From Vulcanimicrobiota bacterium (GTDB lineage Bacteria > Vulcanimicrobiota > Xenobia > Xenobiales > JADMJV01), in NCBI GenBank assembly GCA_050250895.1, contig JBFWNU010000005.1, forward strand, positions 32,001-96,000: DNA of 64,000 nt, read 5' to 3'. Position numbers and translations under genes: made by a program. The notes beneath the pieces are model-generated. The model was not told the DNA's origin. It saw only the letters and a list, made by a program, of their open reading frames with translations, and ran no database searches. Positions 36,472 to 45,490 of this stretch are shown one piece after another. Position 1 is the stretch's first letter. Every line of letters begins with the position of its first letter.

Positions 36472-36995
36472 GCGAGCATCTGCTGAAGAGTTTTGACCAC
36501 CTTCAGGTTGCGCATGGTCATCGAGACACCCAGGCCCTTTTCGAAGTAGGCGTTGGTCAGTTTACTGCGACCGATACCGTCGGGACAATGCAGATAGACG
36601 GCCCGACCGATCACCGAGAACTGTTCGCTCTCTTTTTTGACGGGCTTGAGTTCGACCTCGGCGGGCTCTCGGTCGAGAAAGCCCACGAAAACGCGGGTCG
36701 GACTCTCTTCGCCCGCTTTGGCATAGGGGTTGGCAGCCGCGATTTCGTCCATCGTCTCGGAAGAGATGACCATCACCGAGACCTCGTAGCCCCACTTCTC
36801 TTTGATGGCCCCGCTAATGGTGTCGGCCAGCTTCTTGGGAGAGCCCTTAGCCAGGAAGACGACATTGCCGGTCTGGATGTAGCTTTCCACATCCTGGAAG
36901 CCTTGTTCGCGAAACAGATCGCGCAATTCAGCCATGGCGATTTTGTTGTGCCCCCCAACATTGATGCCCCTCAGCAGGGCCAGCCACTTTTGCAT
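36468..36995 (-). CDS. DUF1697 domain protein
   Basis: ALLRGINVGGHNKIAMAEL, YIQTGNVVF, TMRN. Confidence 0.9.
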   Translation of the reverse strand: MQKWLALLRGINVGGHNKIAMAELRDLFREQGFQDVESYIQTGNVVFLAKGSPKKLADTISGAIKEKWGYEVSVMVISSETMDEIAAANPYAKAGEESPTRVFVGFLDREPAEVELKPVKKESEQFSVIGRAVYLHCPDGIGRSKLTNAYFEKGLGVSMTMRNLKVVKTLQQMLA

Positions 36996-37237
36996 GGGCC
37001 GTGCTTCCAGGTTGGAAAGCGACTCCCTGGGCCAAATCATTAGGATTTCTTTAGAGGCTAGAGGGTGTTTTTGATCGTCGCCAACGCCACGCCGGCCTAT
37101 GCTGATGCCATGTTGGAGATCGTCATCGGACTGGCTATCCTTTTCCTCACGTTGGTTGCTCTAGCCTCGGCTCTGGCCGAGATCAAGGGAAACCGGCCGT
37201 CCTCTTGCGAACCATGGGGCTCGGAGGGACAAGCCGG

Positions 37238-37672
37238 ATGCAGCGAATCGAGCAATACCTTGACCTGATGCTTCACGTGCTCAGGGCCGACGGGGTCGTC
37301 GACCCGGCCGAGCGAGAGAAATTCATGGCTATCATGGTCGAAGGCTTGCAGCTTCGACCCGAACTGGTCGAACGTTACCGCAAGGCTCTGGAATGCTCGG
37401 ATTGGACCGAGGTCAGCGACGATGAGTTGGCGGCCCTGGGAGAGGGCCTCGAGCCTGGCTCCATCGCTCACATGGTCAAAGATGCCTATGCCATGGCCGA
37501 GGCTGACGGCAACTTCGATGTCAGCGAACTGGTCCTGGTGCGGCGTTTCCTCAAGGCGATCGGGATTCCCGAGACGCGCATGGAGGCTATCGACAACTGG
37601 GCCCGGGTGTCGCTCGAAGTGGCCCGCAAGGGCGAGCGCCTCTTTGTGCGGGTCCCTCAGGAGGCTCGCTAG
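37238..37672 (+). CDS. TerB-family protein
   Basis: ADGVVDPAE and ADGNFDVSE motifs; GGAGG RBS. Confidence 0.8.
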   Translation: MQRIEQYLDLMLHVLRADGVVDPAEREKFMAIMVEGLQLRPELVERYRKALECSDWTEVSDDELAALGEGLEPGSIAHMVKDAYAMAEADGNFDVSELVLVRRFLKAIGIPETRMEAIDNWARVSLEVARKGERLFVRVPQEAR

Positions 37673-37840
37673 ATGTCGGGGTTTTCGGCCTTTGCCGCTG
37701 CCTCGTTTCAGATGAAGAAGCTAGCCGAAGGGGCGGTGGCCTTCAGCTTCCACGAGCAAGCCGACGGGTTTGCCGAGAGTCTTGACGACGGCATCACTCT
37801 GAGCCCTCAGGCGCTGGCCTTCTTGCACGACGAGGAGTAA
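37673..37840 (+). CDS. 55-aa small protein (below the ORF-track cutoff)
   Basis: GGAGG RBS, ATG directly after the terB stop; MSGFSAFAAASFQMKKLAEG...DDGITLSPQALAFLHDEE*; followed by a hairpin. Confidence 0.5.
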   Translation: MSGFSAFAAASFQMKKLAEGAVAFSFHEQADGFAESLDDGITLSPQALAFLHDEE

Positions 37841-37842
37841 AG

Positions 37843-37985
37843 AAATTAGGCCGCCCGCAGGCGGCCTTCGCGAAGGTGGTGGGCCACCTTCCCCATTGTT
37901 GGAGCCGAGTTCGTCGGCTCACCCCTATCCCCGTGTTGGACTGAGGGCACAGCCTCAGTCTAAACGCTGTTTACAAAATTGTAAC
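37843..37985 (-). ncRNA. Candidate structured small RNA of unknown family
   Basis: Own sigma70 promoter, a series of hairpins, a terminal GC hairpin and no convincing ORF. Confidence 0.5.
37848..37867. terminator. Intrinsic terminator-like hairpin AGGCCGCC-N4-GGCGGCCT
   Basis: 8-bp stem between convergent units; followed by AATTTCTTT on the minus strand. Confidence 0.6.
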
Positions 37986-37991
37986 AAAGTG

Positions 37992-38020
37992 AGTATAGCA
38001 CATCGAGAAAAGGCGAGCAA
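37992..38020 (-). promoter_or_regulatory. sigma70 promoter TTGCTC-N17-TATACT with extended -10 TG
   Basis: Exact 17-nt spacer; points into the hairpin array. Confidence 0.65.
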
Positions 38021-38034
38021 CCGAGAGGTTTGGA

Positions 38035-38643
38035 CTAGTTCCTCATGCGGACCACGCCCTCGAGACGGACTCGTTCTTCATCGCTGCGACCGTAGCGTTG
38101 CTTGCGAGCATCGAGGGTCACCCTCAGCAGGGGTTCGTTGGTGGGCGGTTGGGAGTCTAGAAAGAAGGAGCAATCGTAGATGTCGGACGCCAGCCGGCGT
38201 CCGGCCGTGAGATACCCCGTGATGTTGGTCCCGGTGCTCGAGATAGGAGCGGCCGTGGTGGTGGGGGACGCCAGGGGGACCTCGCGACGAAGCACCTGCC
38301 GGGTGGCCGGGTCGTGATAGAGGACGACGTATTTCTGCCACAGTGGCTGGCCGGCCGCGTCCACCTGAAAGTCGGTGTCGTAGACGGCCGAGAGAAAAGC
38401 GACCGAGCCATTGTTGGGGCCAATCGTCACCGAGTCATAGACCGTCTGCTCGGCGTCGCGCGAGAAGCGGCTCAGCACCGCCTGGTTGGCGCGCACCAGA
38501 TCGGTGGCCGCGTTGGTGCGCATCAGGGCGTTGGAACCCAGGCGATAGATGGCGAAGATGGCAGCTGTCAGCAACCCGAGTAGACAGGCCGAGATGAGCA
38601 CCTCAGGCAAGGTGAAGGCCTTATGGGTAGAGGTAGGTTTCAA
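38035..38643 (-). CDS. Prepilin-type protein (PilW-like)
   Basis: KAFTLPEVLIS; FLSA and PLWQKYVVLY motifs shared with 59620..60399. Confidence 0.8.
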   Translation of the reverse strand: MKPTSTHKAFTLPEVLISACLLGLLTAAIFAIYRLGSNALMRTNAATDLVRANQAVLSRFSRDAEQTVYDSVTIGPNNGSVAFLSAVYDTDFQVDAAGQPLWQKYVVLYHDPATRQVLRREVPLASPTTTAAPISSTGTNITGYLTAGRRLASDIYDCSFFLDSQPPTNEPLLRVTLDARKQRYGRSDEERVRLEGVVRMRN

Positions 38644-39049
38644 GCTCGACCTTATGATTGCGTCCCCAGCGAATCTGGACCTGCACGGAACGGGGCGGAC
38701 TGATGGCTCCAACCACCGGCACGGTATCGGTGCGCACGATGATGTCGTAGCGCGTCCCATCGATGGTGGAGCTGGGGTAGGGCGTGGGAGGAAACCCGGT
38801 TCCAGCCGGTGGGGTCGGCACCGTGGCGCTGCCGTCAAAGAGGTTCTGGCCGGGCGGAATGGACGCGTAGCCCTGGGCTCGCGCCCGATCCAGCACCTGG
38901 CGGCCCAGCTCGCCGGCGGTGGCCAGCTGGGTCGACTGGGCGCTGAGCGTCACTCCGCCAAGAAAGACCTGGATAGTCCCCAGCAAAGCCACCGCCAGGA
39001 TCCCCAGGGCCACCACCACCTCCATGATGGTAAAGGCCCGTCGTCTCAC
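38621..39049 (-). CDS. Prepilin-type protein (PilV-like)
   Basis: RRAFTIMEVVVALGIL...VQVQIRW. Confidence 0.82.
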   Translation of the reverse strand: MRRRAFTIMEVVVALGILAVALLGTIQVFLGGVTLSAQSTQLATAGELGRQVLDRARAQGYASIPPGQNLFDGSATVPTPPAGTGFPPTPYPSSTIDGTRYDIIVRTDTVPVVGAISPPRSVQVQIRWGRNHKVELETYLYP

Positions 39050-40878
39050 TAGCGGGCCACCCAGGTGGTCACCGTCATGGGTCCGGTGGCCGCCTGCGAA
39101 GTGTCGTCGAAATAGGCCTTGTTGTAGGTGATGCTGGTGCCGCTATTCAGCAGAACGTCTCCGGGAGCCACCGTTTGGCCGTTGATGTCGACGGGCTGTT
39201 GCGAGCCGTCGTCGTTGGCGATGACCGCGCCCACAATGTTGACCTGATTGTCGGCATAGAAGTAGCCGTTGGTGTAGATCACTCCCTGGAAGTTCGAACT
39301 TCCCAGGCGACCGAAGCCAATCTGCTGATGGATGGAAAGCACCTGACCCCAGAGGTGGGCGTGGGTGGTGTACTGGTCGCCTACGCTGTCGAGCAGACCG
39401 GCGTGGGTGGAGGGGATGTCGGGATTGAAGTTGTTGAGGACATTGAGGTCTCCGCCCAGGTGGCTGCCGCCCCCTTTGAACAGGTCCGAGACATAGGTCA
39501 ACCGCTTGACCATGAACTGCTCGGTCGGACCGCTGCCAGCGGCGTTGACCACCGTGGCAATTTTTTCTAGCACGGCCTCGTCGCTACCGCCGAAGCCGGG
39601 CTGGCCGGTATTGAACGGCGCCAGAGTGCGCTGGATGTCGACCCGGCGGTCGCGCACGGTGGTGCCGAAGTCGGCCACCCCGTAGTTCTGCATATCGGTA
39701 TCGAGGGCGTCGAGAGCGGTCTTGGCCTGGTCCCACCAGAGGGACAACTGGGGATTGCCCTGAGCCGTGGCCAGGTCCTGGATGTATTGGTCTCCGTCGA
39801 AACCGGTGAGTTCGACGCTGCCCTTGCTGAAGATCGAGACCTTGCGATCGTTGTTGGTCACGATGGTGGCGTCACCGCGAAAGACGGTGGCCGGCTCGTC
39901 GGGGTCGGCGCCGTTCACGTAGAGCCCCCCATCGCCGGTGATCGACCCGTTGACGGTCACCTTGCCGTTGACATAGAGGGTGGCGCCGTTGAGCACCAGA
40001 TCGCCATTGACCAGCAGGTCTCCGTCATAGTAGAAGTCTTCCGGAGTGCCGCTGCCCAGAGTGGCTCCACCCACGGCGGGAACGGTGGCCGGCGTGGCCG
40101 TCTGTTTAGCCAGGATTTCCGCCTCGATGTCGACGGTGGGAAAGGGCTTGGCGCTGGCGTTGTTCTGGGTCGGCGGGCTGCCTCCGAGGGTGGCGCCGGT
40201 GAGGCTGATGCCCGAGGCCGCCACTGCACTGACCGTGCCGGCGATGGTAGCGGTGGTGCCGGGGTCCTGGGTCCACTTGATCAGGTCCGGGTCGCTACCG
40301 GCAAAGTTCGAGTGAATGCCCGCCGGTTCAGGGGTGGGATCGTCGAGGGCCCCGATGCCCTCGACGCGTACGTCTCCTCGCATGTGGACCCGGCCCGAGT
40401 TGAGCAGAGCCACGTCCACCTCGGGGCCTCCACCCCGCCGCACCAGCACCTCGACTACGCGCTCGACCGGGCCCACCCGGGCTACCACCACCAGATCGGC
40501 CACGCCCGGGGGTACGGTGCCGTCGCCCCGAGGGCCATTGACCACGGCCAGTCCGGCCAGGTTGTTGACCGACTCGTGCTTACCTACCGACTGGGTGTCG
40601 GCGTTGGTATTGAAGATCAGAGTGTAGCTGCCCCGGCCCCCCAACAACGTGGTCGAGTTGAACCCGCCCACCCAGGCCCGGTTGGCCTCGAGTTCGGCCA
40701 GGGCGTGAGCCACGCCCGCTTCGGCTGCGCCCAGCGCAGCCAGGCGGTCGGTGTGGCCTCTGGTCGTGAAGTTGCCCCCGGTGGCCCCGGCCACAATGGC
40801 CACGAGCATGATCATCAGCACCGTGGCGAATAAGAGCGCTGTAATGAGGGCGATGCCCCGCCGTGTCCCGTTCCCCAT
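39049..40878 (-). CDS. Large PilX-like protein with beta-rich C-terminus
   Basis: RRGIALITALL, ALGAAEAGVAHALAEL; TATTAT 6 nt before the ATG at 40878. Confidence 0.8.
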   Translation of the reverse strand: MGNGTRRGIALITALLFATVLMIMLVAIVAGATGGNFTTRGHTDRLAALGAAEAGVAHALAELEANRAWVGGFNSTTLLGGRGSYTLIFNTNADTQSVGKHESVNNLAGLAVVNGPRGDGTVPPGVADLVVVARVGPVERVVEVLVRRGGGPEVDVALLNSGRVHMRGDVRVEGIGALDDPTPEPAGIHSNFAGSDPDLIKWTQDPGTTATIAGTVSAVAASGISLTGATLGGSPPTQNNASAKPFPTVDIEAEILAKQTATPATVPAVGGATLGSGTPEDFYYDGDLLVNGDLVLNGATLYVNGKVTVNGSITGDGGLYVNGADPDEPATVFRGDATIVTNNDRKVSIFSKGSVELTGFDGDQYIQDLATAQGNPQLSLWWDQAKTALDALDTDMQNYGVADFGTTVRDRRVDIQRTLAPFNTGQPGFGGSDEAVLEKIATVVNAAGSGPTEQFMVKRLTYVSDLFKGGGSHLGGDLNVLNNFNPDIPSTHAGLLDSVGDQYTTHAHLWGQVLSIHQQIGFGRLGSSNFQGVIYTNGYFYADNQVNIVGAVIANDDGSQQPVDINGQTVAPGDVLLNSGTSITYNKAYFDDTSQAATGPMTVTTWVAR

Positions 40879-40973
40879 GTTAACATAATAGCAACAAATC
40901 GACCGGTTTGCACCCATCCAAAAGTAGCGAAATCGACAGGATGGCTGGGGGCGAACGGGCGAATGCGAACCGC

Positions 40974-41597
40974 ATGCAGGTGATCGCCGTCAACGTAGGA
41001 CAGGCCAGGACTCTCGTCAAGGGTCGGGGCCAGAGCAAAACCGGCATCTTCAAGACCGCCGTCGAGGGTCCGGTGACGGTCGGTCCCCTCGGGCTCGAGG
41101 GGGACGTGCAGGTCAACCGCAAGCACCATGGCGGCCCGGACCAGGCGGTTTATCTATATGCGGCCGACGATTACGTCTGGTGGCAGAGTCAGTTGGGTCG
41201 CGAGCTTGAGCCGGGCACGTTCGGTGAGAACCTGACTCTCGACACCTTTGGCACCGAGCCCCTGGCCGTGGGCGACCGCCTTCGACTGGGAGAGGTCTTG
41301 CTCGAACTCACGGCACCCCGCGTACCATGTGCTACCCTGGCAGCCCGCATGGGCGAACCGGGCTTCGTCAAGCGATTTCACCAGGCGGGTCGACCGGGTG
41401 TCTACGCCCGGGTGCTGGAAGCGGGCCGGCTCGAGGCCGGGCAAACGGCGAACTGGGAGGCCCGAGGCCAGGTGAGCATAGAGGAGCTATTTGGCCTCGT
41501 TTATCAGAGCAAGGCCGAGCCGGCCAGGCTGGCGGCGGTCTTAGCTGCGCCTGTGGCGTCTCGTCTGCGTGAACTCTTGGAATCGCGGCTGGCCTGA
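40974..41597 (+). CDS. MOSC domain protein (YiiM-like)
   Basis: TGIFK, GLEGD, HHGGPDQAV, FGENL, PRVPC, RPGVYARVL. Confidence 0.9.
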   Translation: MQVIAVNVGQARTLVKGRGQSKTGIFKTAVEGPVTVGPLGLEGDVQVNRKHHGGPDQAVYLYAADDYVWWQSQLGRELEPGTFGENLTLDTFGTEPLAVGDRLRLGEVLLELTAPRVPCATLAARMGEPGFVKRFHQAGRPGVYARVLEAGRLEAGQTANWEARGQVSIEELFGLVYQSKAEPARLAAVLAAPVASRLRELLESRLA

Positions 41598-42610
41598 GCC
41601 TCATCCACCAGCCGCACCACCAGATCCAGCAGTTTCTGGCCGCGAGGACCGGCTAACTCTACATAGCGCTGGCGCACGGGTAGGCTGGCCTCGACAAAGC
41701 GCGCCCGCTCCTCGGGCGTCAAACGGACCACCTGAATCCCCGGACGGGCCTCTTTGATCTGCTCGAGGCGCTCTTGATTGTAGCGCTTCTGCAAATCGAA
41801 GATCTCGCCGTGCAATTGGGCGATGACCTCGTCGACCATGTCTCTTCGTTCGGGCGACAGGTCCTGATAGAACTTGCGGTTGGCCACCGCCGTGGTGAAG
41901 AATTGGGCCTGGCGGGCGAAGATGAGATAGTCGCAAACTTCATAGAAGCTCATCTCTTGAATGGCGAAGATGGGGTTGACCTGACCGTCGATCATCTTCA
42001 GTTGCAGGGCGCTGTAGACCTCGCCGTAGGGGAGGGGAGTCGACGAGGCTCCATAGGCCTGATAGGCGGCCAGCAACAGCGGTGAGGTCATCACCCGAAA
42101 CTTGACCCCCTCGAAATCGGAGGGCTGGTGGATGGGCTCGTTGGTGGTCCACACCTGCCACCCCTCGGAATAGATCGAAAGTAGCTGGAAGCCCTTTTCG
42201 GCGTACAGCTCGTCAAAGGCCCGCGTGAGTTCTGGGTCCTCGAGCACCTCACGATTGACCGCCTGGTCGGCCGAGAAGAGATAATGCAATAGCAAGACCT
42301 GGACCTCGGGAATCAGCTTGCCGATATGCCCCGGCGAGGCCATCGCAAACTGCAGAGTCCCGTTATAGAGTAGTTCCGTGGTTTGGTCTGAGGTTCCCAG
42401 CGCACCATAGGGGTAGATCTTCACCCGGATCTTTCCGCCCGACCTGGCTTCGATGAGCTCCTTGAAGCGCCGGGCGTAGGCGTCTTGCACGCTGCCGCGA
42501 GTCTCTTCGATAGCGAAGCGCCAGGTTTCGGGACCCGGCTGATTCGTAGCGCAACCGCCCAGGCACACCAGGGCTACCAGGCTCAGCCAGACGCGAGCTT
42601 TACTAGCCAT
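41504..42610 (-). CDS. dctP: TRAP transporter substrate-binding lipoprotein, TeaA/UehA-like
   Basis: Lipobox-like LGGC; WRFAIEE..GSVQDAYA, KFRVMTSPLL, YGEVYSALQ..IDGQVNP. Confidence 0.88.
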   Translation of the reverse strand: MASKARVWLSLVALVCLGGCATNQPGPETWRFAIEETRGSVQDAYARRFKELIEARSGGKIRVKIYPYGALGTSDQTTELLYNGTLQFAMASPGHIGKLIPEVQVLLLHYLFSADQAVNREVLEDPELTRAFDELYAEKGFQLLSIYSEGWQVWTTNEPIHQPSDFEGVKFRVMTSPLLLAAYQAYGASSTPLPYGEVYSALQLKMIDGQVNPIFAIQEMSFYEVCDYLIFARQAQFFTTAVANRKFYQDLSPERRDMVDEVIAQLHGEIFDLQKRYNQERLEQIKEARPGIQVVRLTPEERARFVEASLPVRQRYVELAGPRGQKLLDLVVRLVDEAQASRDSKSSRRRDATGAAKTAASLAGSALL

Positions 42611-43869
42611 AGCGAGATCCCTTCGAATTTGATGATGATGGCCGAGGCCAACAGCAAGATGGCGATGAACGGCGGAGTACCGCGAATCACCTCCAGGTAC
42701 GGCTTGCGAAAGACGGCAATGGCCGTGAAAATGTCACACCCGAAGGGCGGTGTGGCCGACCCGATGGCGGCCTGCAAGGTGACTACCACCCCCACATGGA
42801 CAGGATGGATCCCGGCGGCCACCGCCAGGGGATGAAAGATCGGCGTGAGGATCAAGATGACCACGATGGGGTCGACAAACATGCAGCCGATGAAATAGGC
42901 CACCGCCACCGCGCCAAGGATGACCAGCGGCGACGAATCGGGAGTCAGGTGAAGCCAACCGTTGATCAGTTGCTCGGGTAGTTCAGCGAAAGCAATGACC
43001 CAGGAGAAAGCCGCTCCGGCTCCCACGAGCAAAAAGACCACGGCGGTGATCAGCCCGGTGGACAGGGCAATGGAGGGGATGTCTTTCCAGGCCAGCTGGC
43101 CAAACACCATCACCTCGAGGGCAATGGCATACATCACCGAGATGGCGGCCGCCTCGGTGGGGCTGAAAAAGCCGGTGTAGATGCCTCCCACCACAATGAC
43201 CGGAAAGCCCAACGGCAGCAGGGCCTTGCGCAGGCTCTCGCGCCGCTCGCTCCAGCTGGCCGGCTGGGCTCTGGGGATACCCATCTGTCCGGCGGCGATG
43301 TAGCAATAGATGGAAAACATCAGCAGGATCAGCAAGCCGGGACCGATGCCCCCCAGAAAGAGGTCTCCGATGGAAGTGCCCGAGACCACTCCATACACGA
43401 TCATTCCGATGCTGGGGGGAATGAGCAGCGCGATATCGCTGGCGTTGATGATCAGGGCCGTGGCGAACGAATCGGGATAGCCCTTCTCGAGCATGCGCGG
43501 CCGCATGGGGCCGCCTACGGCCACCACGGTGGCCTGGGTCGAGCCCGAGATGGCTCCGAACAGAGTGCAGGTCACCGCGCTGGTGATGGGCAGTCCGCCA
43601 CGAATGTGGCGCACAAAGGACATGACCAGGTCGAGCAATCGATTGGAGGTTTGCCCGGTGGTCATCACATCGGCGGCCAGGATGAACATCGGCACGGCGA
43701 TGAGGGCGGCCGGCTTGACCCCGCCGATCATCTGCTGGGCCATCACTTCCAGGCTCACTCCGGGAAAGCCGCTCAGCAACAAGGTCAGTGAGCCCACCAC
43801 CAGGGGAACCACCATAGGAAAGCCGAGCAGCAGCAGGGCCAGCATCAACAGCGCCACCAGCCCAATCAT
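42583..43869 (-). CDS. dctM: TRAP transporter large permease
   Basis: LIAVPMFILA, FGAISGS, IPPSI, FSPTEAA, TPPFG. Confidence 0.92.
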   Translation of the reverse strand: MIGLVALLMLALLLLGFPMVVPLVVGSLTLLLSGFPGVSLEVMAQQMIGGVKPAALIAVPMFILAADVMTTGQTSNRLLDLVMSFVRHIRGGLPITSAVTCTLFGAISGSTQATVVAVGGPMRPRMLEKGYPDSFATALIINASDIALLIPPSIGMIVYGVVSGTSIGDLFLGGIGPGLLILLMFSIYCYIAAGQMGIPRAQPASWSERRESLRKALLPLGFPVIVVGGIYTGFFSPTEAAAISVMYAIALEVMVFGQLAWKDIPSIALSTGLITAVVFLLVGAGAAFSWVIAFAELPEQLINGWLHLTPDSSPLVILGAVAVAYFIGCMFVDPIVVILILTPIFHPLAVAAGIHPVHVGVVVTLQAAIGSATPPFGCDIFTAIAVFRKPYLEVIRGTPPFIAILLLASAIIIKFEGISLWLVKLASG

Positions 43870-44384
43870 AACGGGTCGGCCCCATCCTCGACATCATAAG
43901 AGATGTAGATCTTATCAGGGCTTCCCAGATTCTTGAAGGCAGTCAAGCAGAACTGTAGACCCGTCATCAACAGGCCCAGAGGAGCCGTGATGTAAACCAG
44001 GTAGAGCGGGACTCGCAACACGGGCGAGATCGTTCCCAGGGCCCTGAGCGTGTTGAGATAAGCGACTGCAAACACGGTCAGGGCAAACATCAGCAAGGCC
44101 GTCAAAACACAGGAAGAGATCATCAGCCGGCGCTTCCAATCGTGGCTGAGCTGGTCATAGAGGGCGGTCATGCGGATGTGGCGGCCGTGGCCGGCGGCAT
44201 AGCTCGCGCCCACGAAGGTGATCATCACGATCAAGAACTGGCACAGCTCTTCGGCGAAAGCCAAACTGTGCCCGAAACCTGTGCGCGTCACCACATTGGT
44301 GGCGGTCAGGCCGGCGATGGCAAGAATTCCAAAGCTAATCAGAAATTCTTCCAGTCGCCGTATGCAACGGAAAAACGCCAGCAA
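43866..44384 (-). CDS. dctQ: TRAP transporter small permease
   Basis: NVVTR, AEEL, GRHIRM; 4 TMs. Confidence 0.88.
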   Translation of the reverse strand: MLAFFRCIRRLEEFLISFGILAIAGLTATNVVTRTGFGHSLAFAEELCQFLIVMITFVGASYAAGHGRHIRMTALYDQLSHDWKRRLMISSCVLTALLMFALTVFAVAYLNTLRALGTISPVLRVPLYLVYITAPLGLLMTGLQFCLTAFKNLGSPDKIYISYDVEDGADPL

Positions 44385-44482
44385 AACCAGGGAGACTACT
44401 TGCTTTCGGGACCCACGCTCGAATCCCCCCCCTAGAAAAATAAAGGACCTGAACGTGTGTTCCTCAAAGCCGTTACTATCCC

Positions 44483-45490
44483 GTGATTGAATTACAGCAG
44501 GTTTGCAAGGTTTTCCATGCTCCTGACGGCCGTGAGGTGCATGCCGTCAAGAACATTACGCTGACGGTGGAAGAGGGCGAGACGGTCTGTCTGATCGGCA
44601 CCAGCGGCTCAGGCAAGACGACCACGATGAAGATGATCAATCGCCTGATCAATCCCACCAGCGGCAAGATCCTGGTGGGTGGTCAGGACGTGCTCGAGCA
44701 AGACCCGATCCAATTGCGCCGGGGCATCGGCTACGTCATCCAGAAAGGTGGGCTTTTTCCCCACCTGACCGTGCGAGCCAATGTGGCGATGCTCTGTCGC
44801 CTCGAGAATTGGGAGGCGAGTCGCACGCGCGCGCGAGTCGACGAGCTGCTGAGTCTGGTCAACCTGCCACCCGACGAGTATGCCGAGCGCTATCCGGGCG
44901 AGCTGTCGGGCGGTCAACGCCAGCGCGTCGGGGTGGCCAGGGCGCTAGCCCTCGATCCCGACTACATCCTCATGGACGAGCCGTTCGGAGCCCTCGACCC
45001 AATCACTCGCGATCAGATTCACGAAGAGTTCACCACCCTGAAAGAACGTGTGAAGAAGACCATCGTCATCGTCACCCACGACATGGCCGAGGCCTTCAAA
45101 CTCGGGGATCGCATCGCCTTGATGCACAATGGCGAGATGATCCAGTGCGGCAGTGAAGACTATTTTCGTTCCCAGCCGGCCAACGAGTTCGTGGTCGACT
45201 TTCTCAAGAGTCACCTGTCTCGCCCGGCTACCGCCCAGGAGATCGTGGACCCTGAAGTGCCGGTAGTGACCCGACGTAACGGCGCTCGAATGCAGCTGGT
45301 CCAGGACGAGGACAGACTGGTCCTTCATCGCGATGACCAGAGTTGGGAACTCAAAGCGATCGCGGCGAACTGCGGGGTCTCTCAGGCCTTCGAAGAGATG
45401 CTCGACGGTGCGGCCCCGGCCGTGGCCGTGGCCGACGGCGAGCGGGTGCTGGGCGTGATCACCAGAGAGAGCTTGATGAATGCCCTTTAG
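44483..45490 (+). CDS. Osmoprotectant ABC transporter ATP-binding protein (OsmV/OpuCA-like)
   Basis: GTSGSGKTT, MKMINRLI, GYVIQ..GLFPH, LSGGQRQRVG, MDEPFGALDP; degenerate CBS tail. Confidence 0.9.
   Translation: MIELQQVCKVFHAPDGREVHAVKNITLTVEEGETVCLIGTSGSGKTTTMKMINRLINPTSGKILVGGQDVLEQDPIQLRRGIGYVIQKGGLFPHLTVRANVAMLCRLENWEASRTRARVDELLSLVNLPPDEYAERYPGELSGGQRQRVGVARALALDPDYILMDEPFGALDPITRDQIHEEFTTLKERVKKTIVIVTHDMAEAFKLGDRIALMHNGEMIQCGSEDYFRSQPANEFVVDFLKSHLSRPATAQEIVDPEVPVVTRRNGARMQLVQDEDRLVLHRDDQSWELKAIAANCGVSQAFEEMLDGAAPAVAVADGERVLGVITRESLMNAL

Noticed and set aside
37065-37268. 67-aa hydrophobic ORF upstream of terB
   Set aside because: It could be a small membrane protein, but it overlaps terB and has no recognisable motif; support is insufficient.
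41504-41597. 94-nt convergent overlap of the MOSC gene and dctP
   Set aside because: Probably stop-codon drift in GC-rich DNA; no sign of function.
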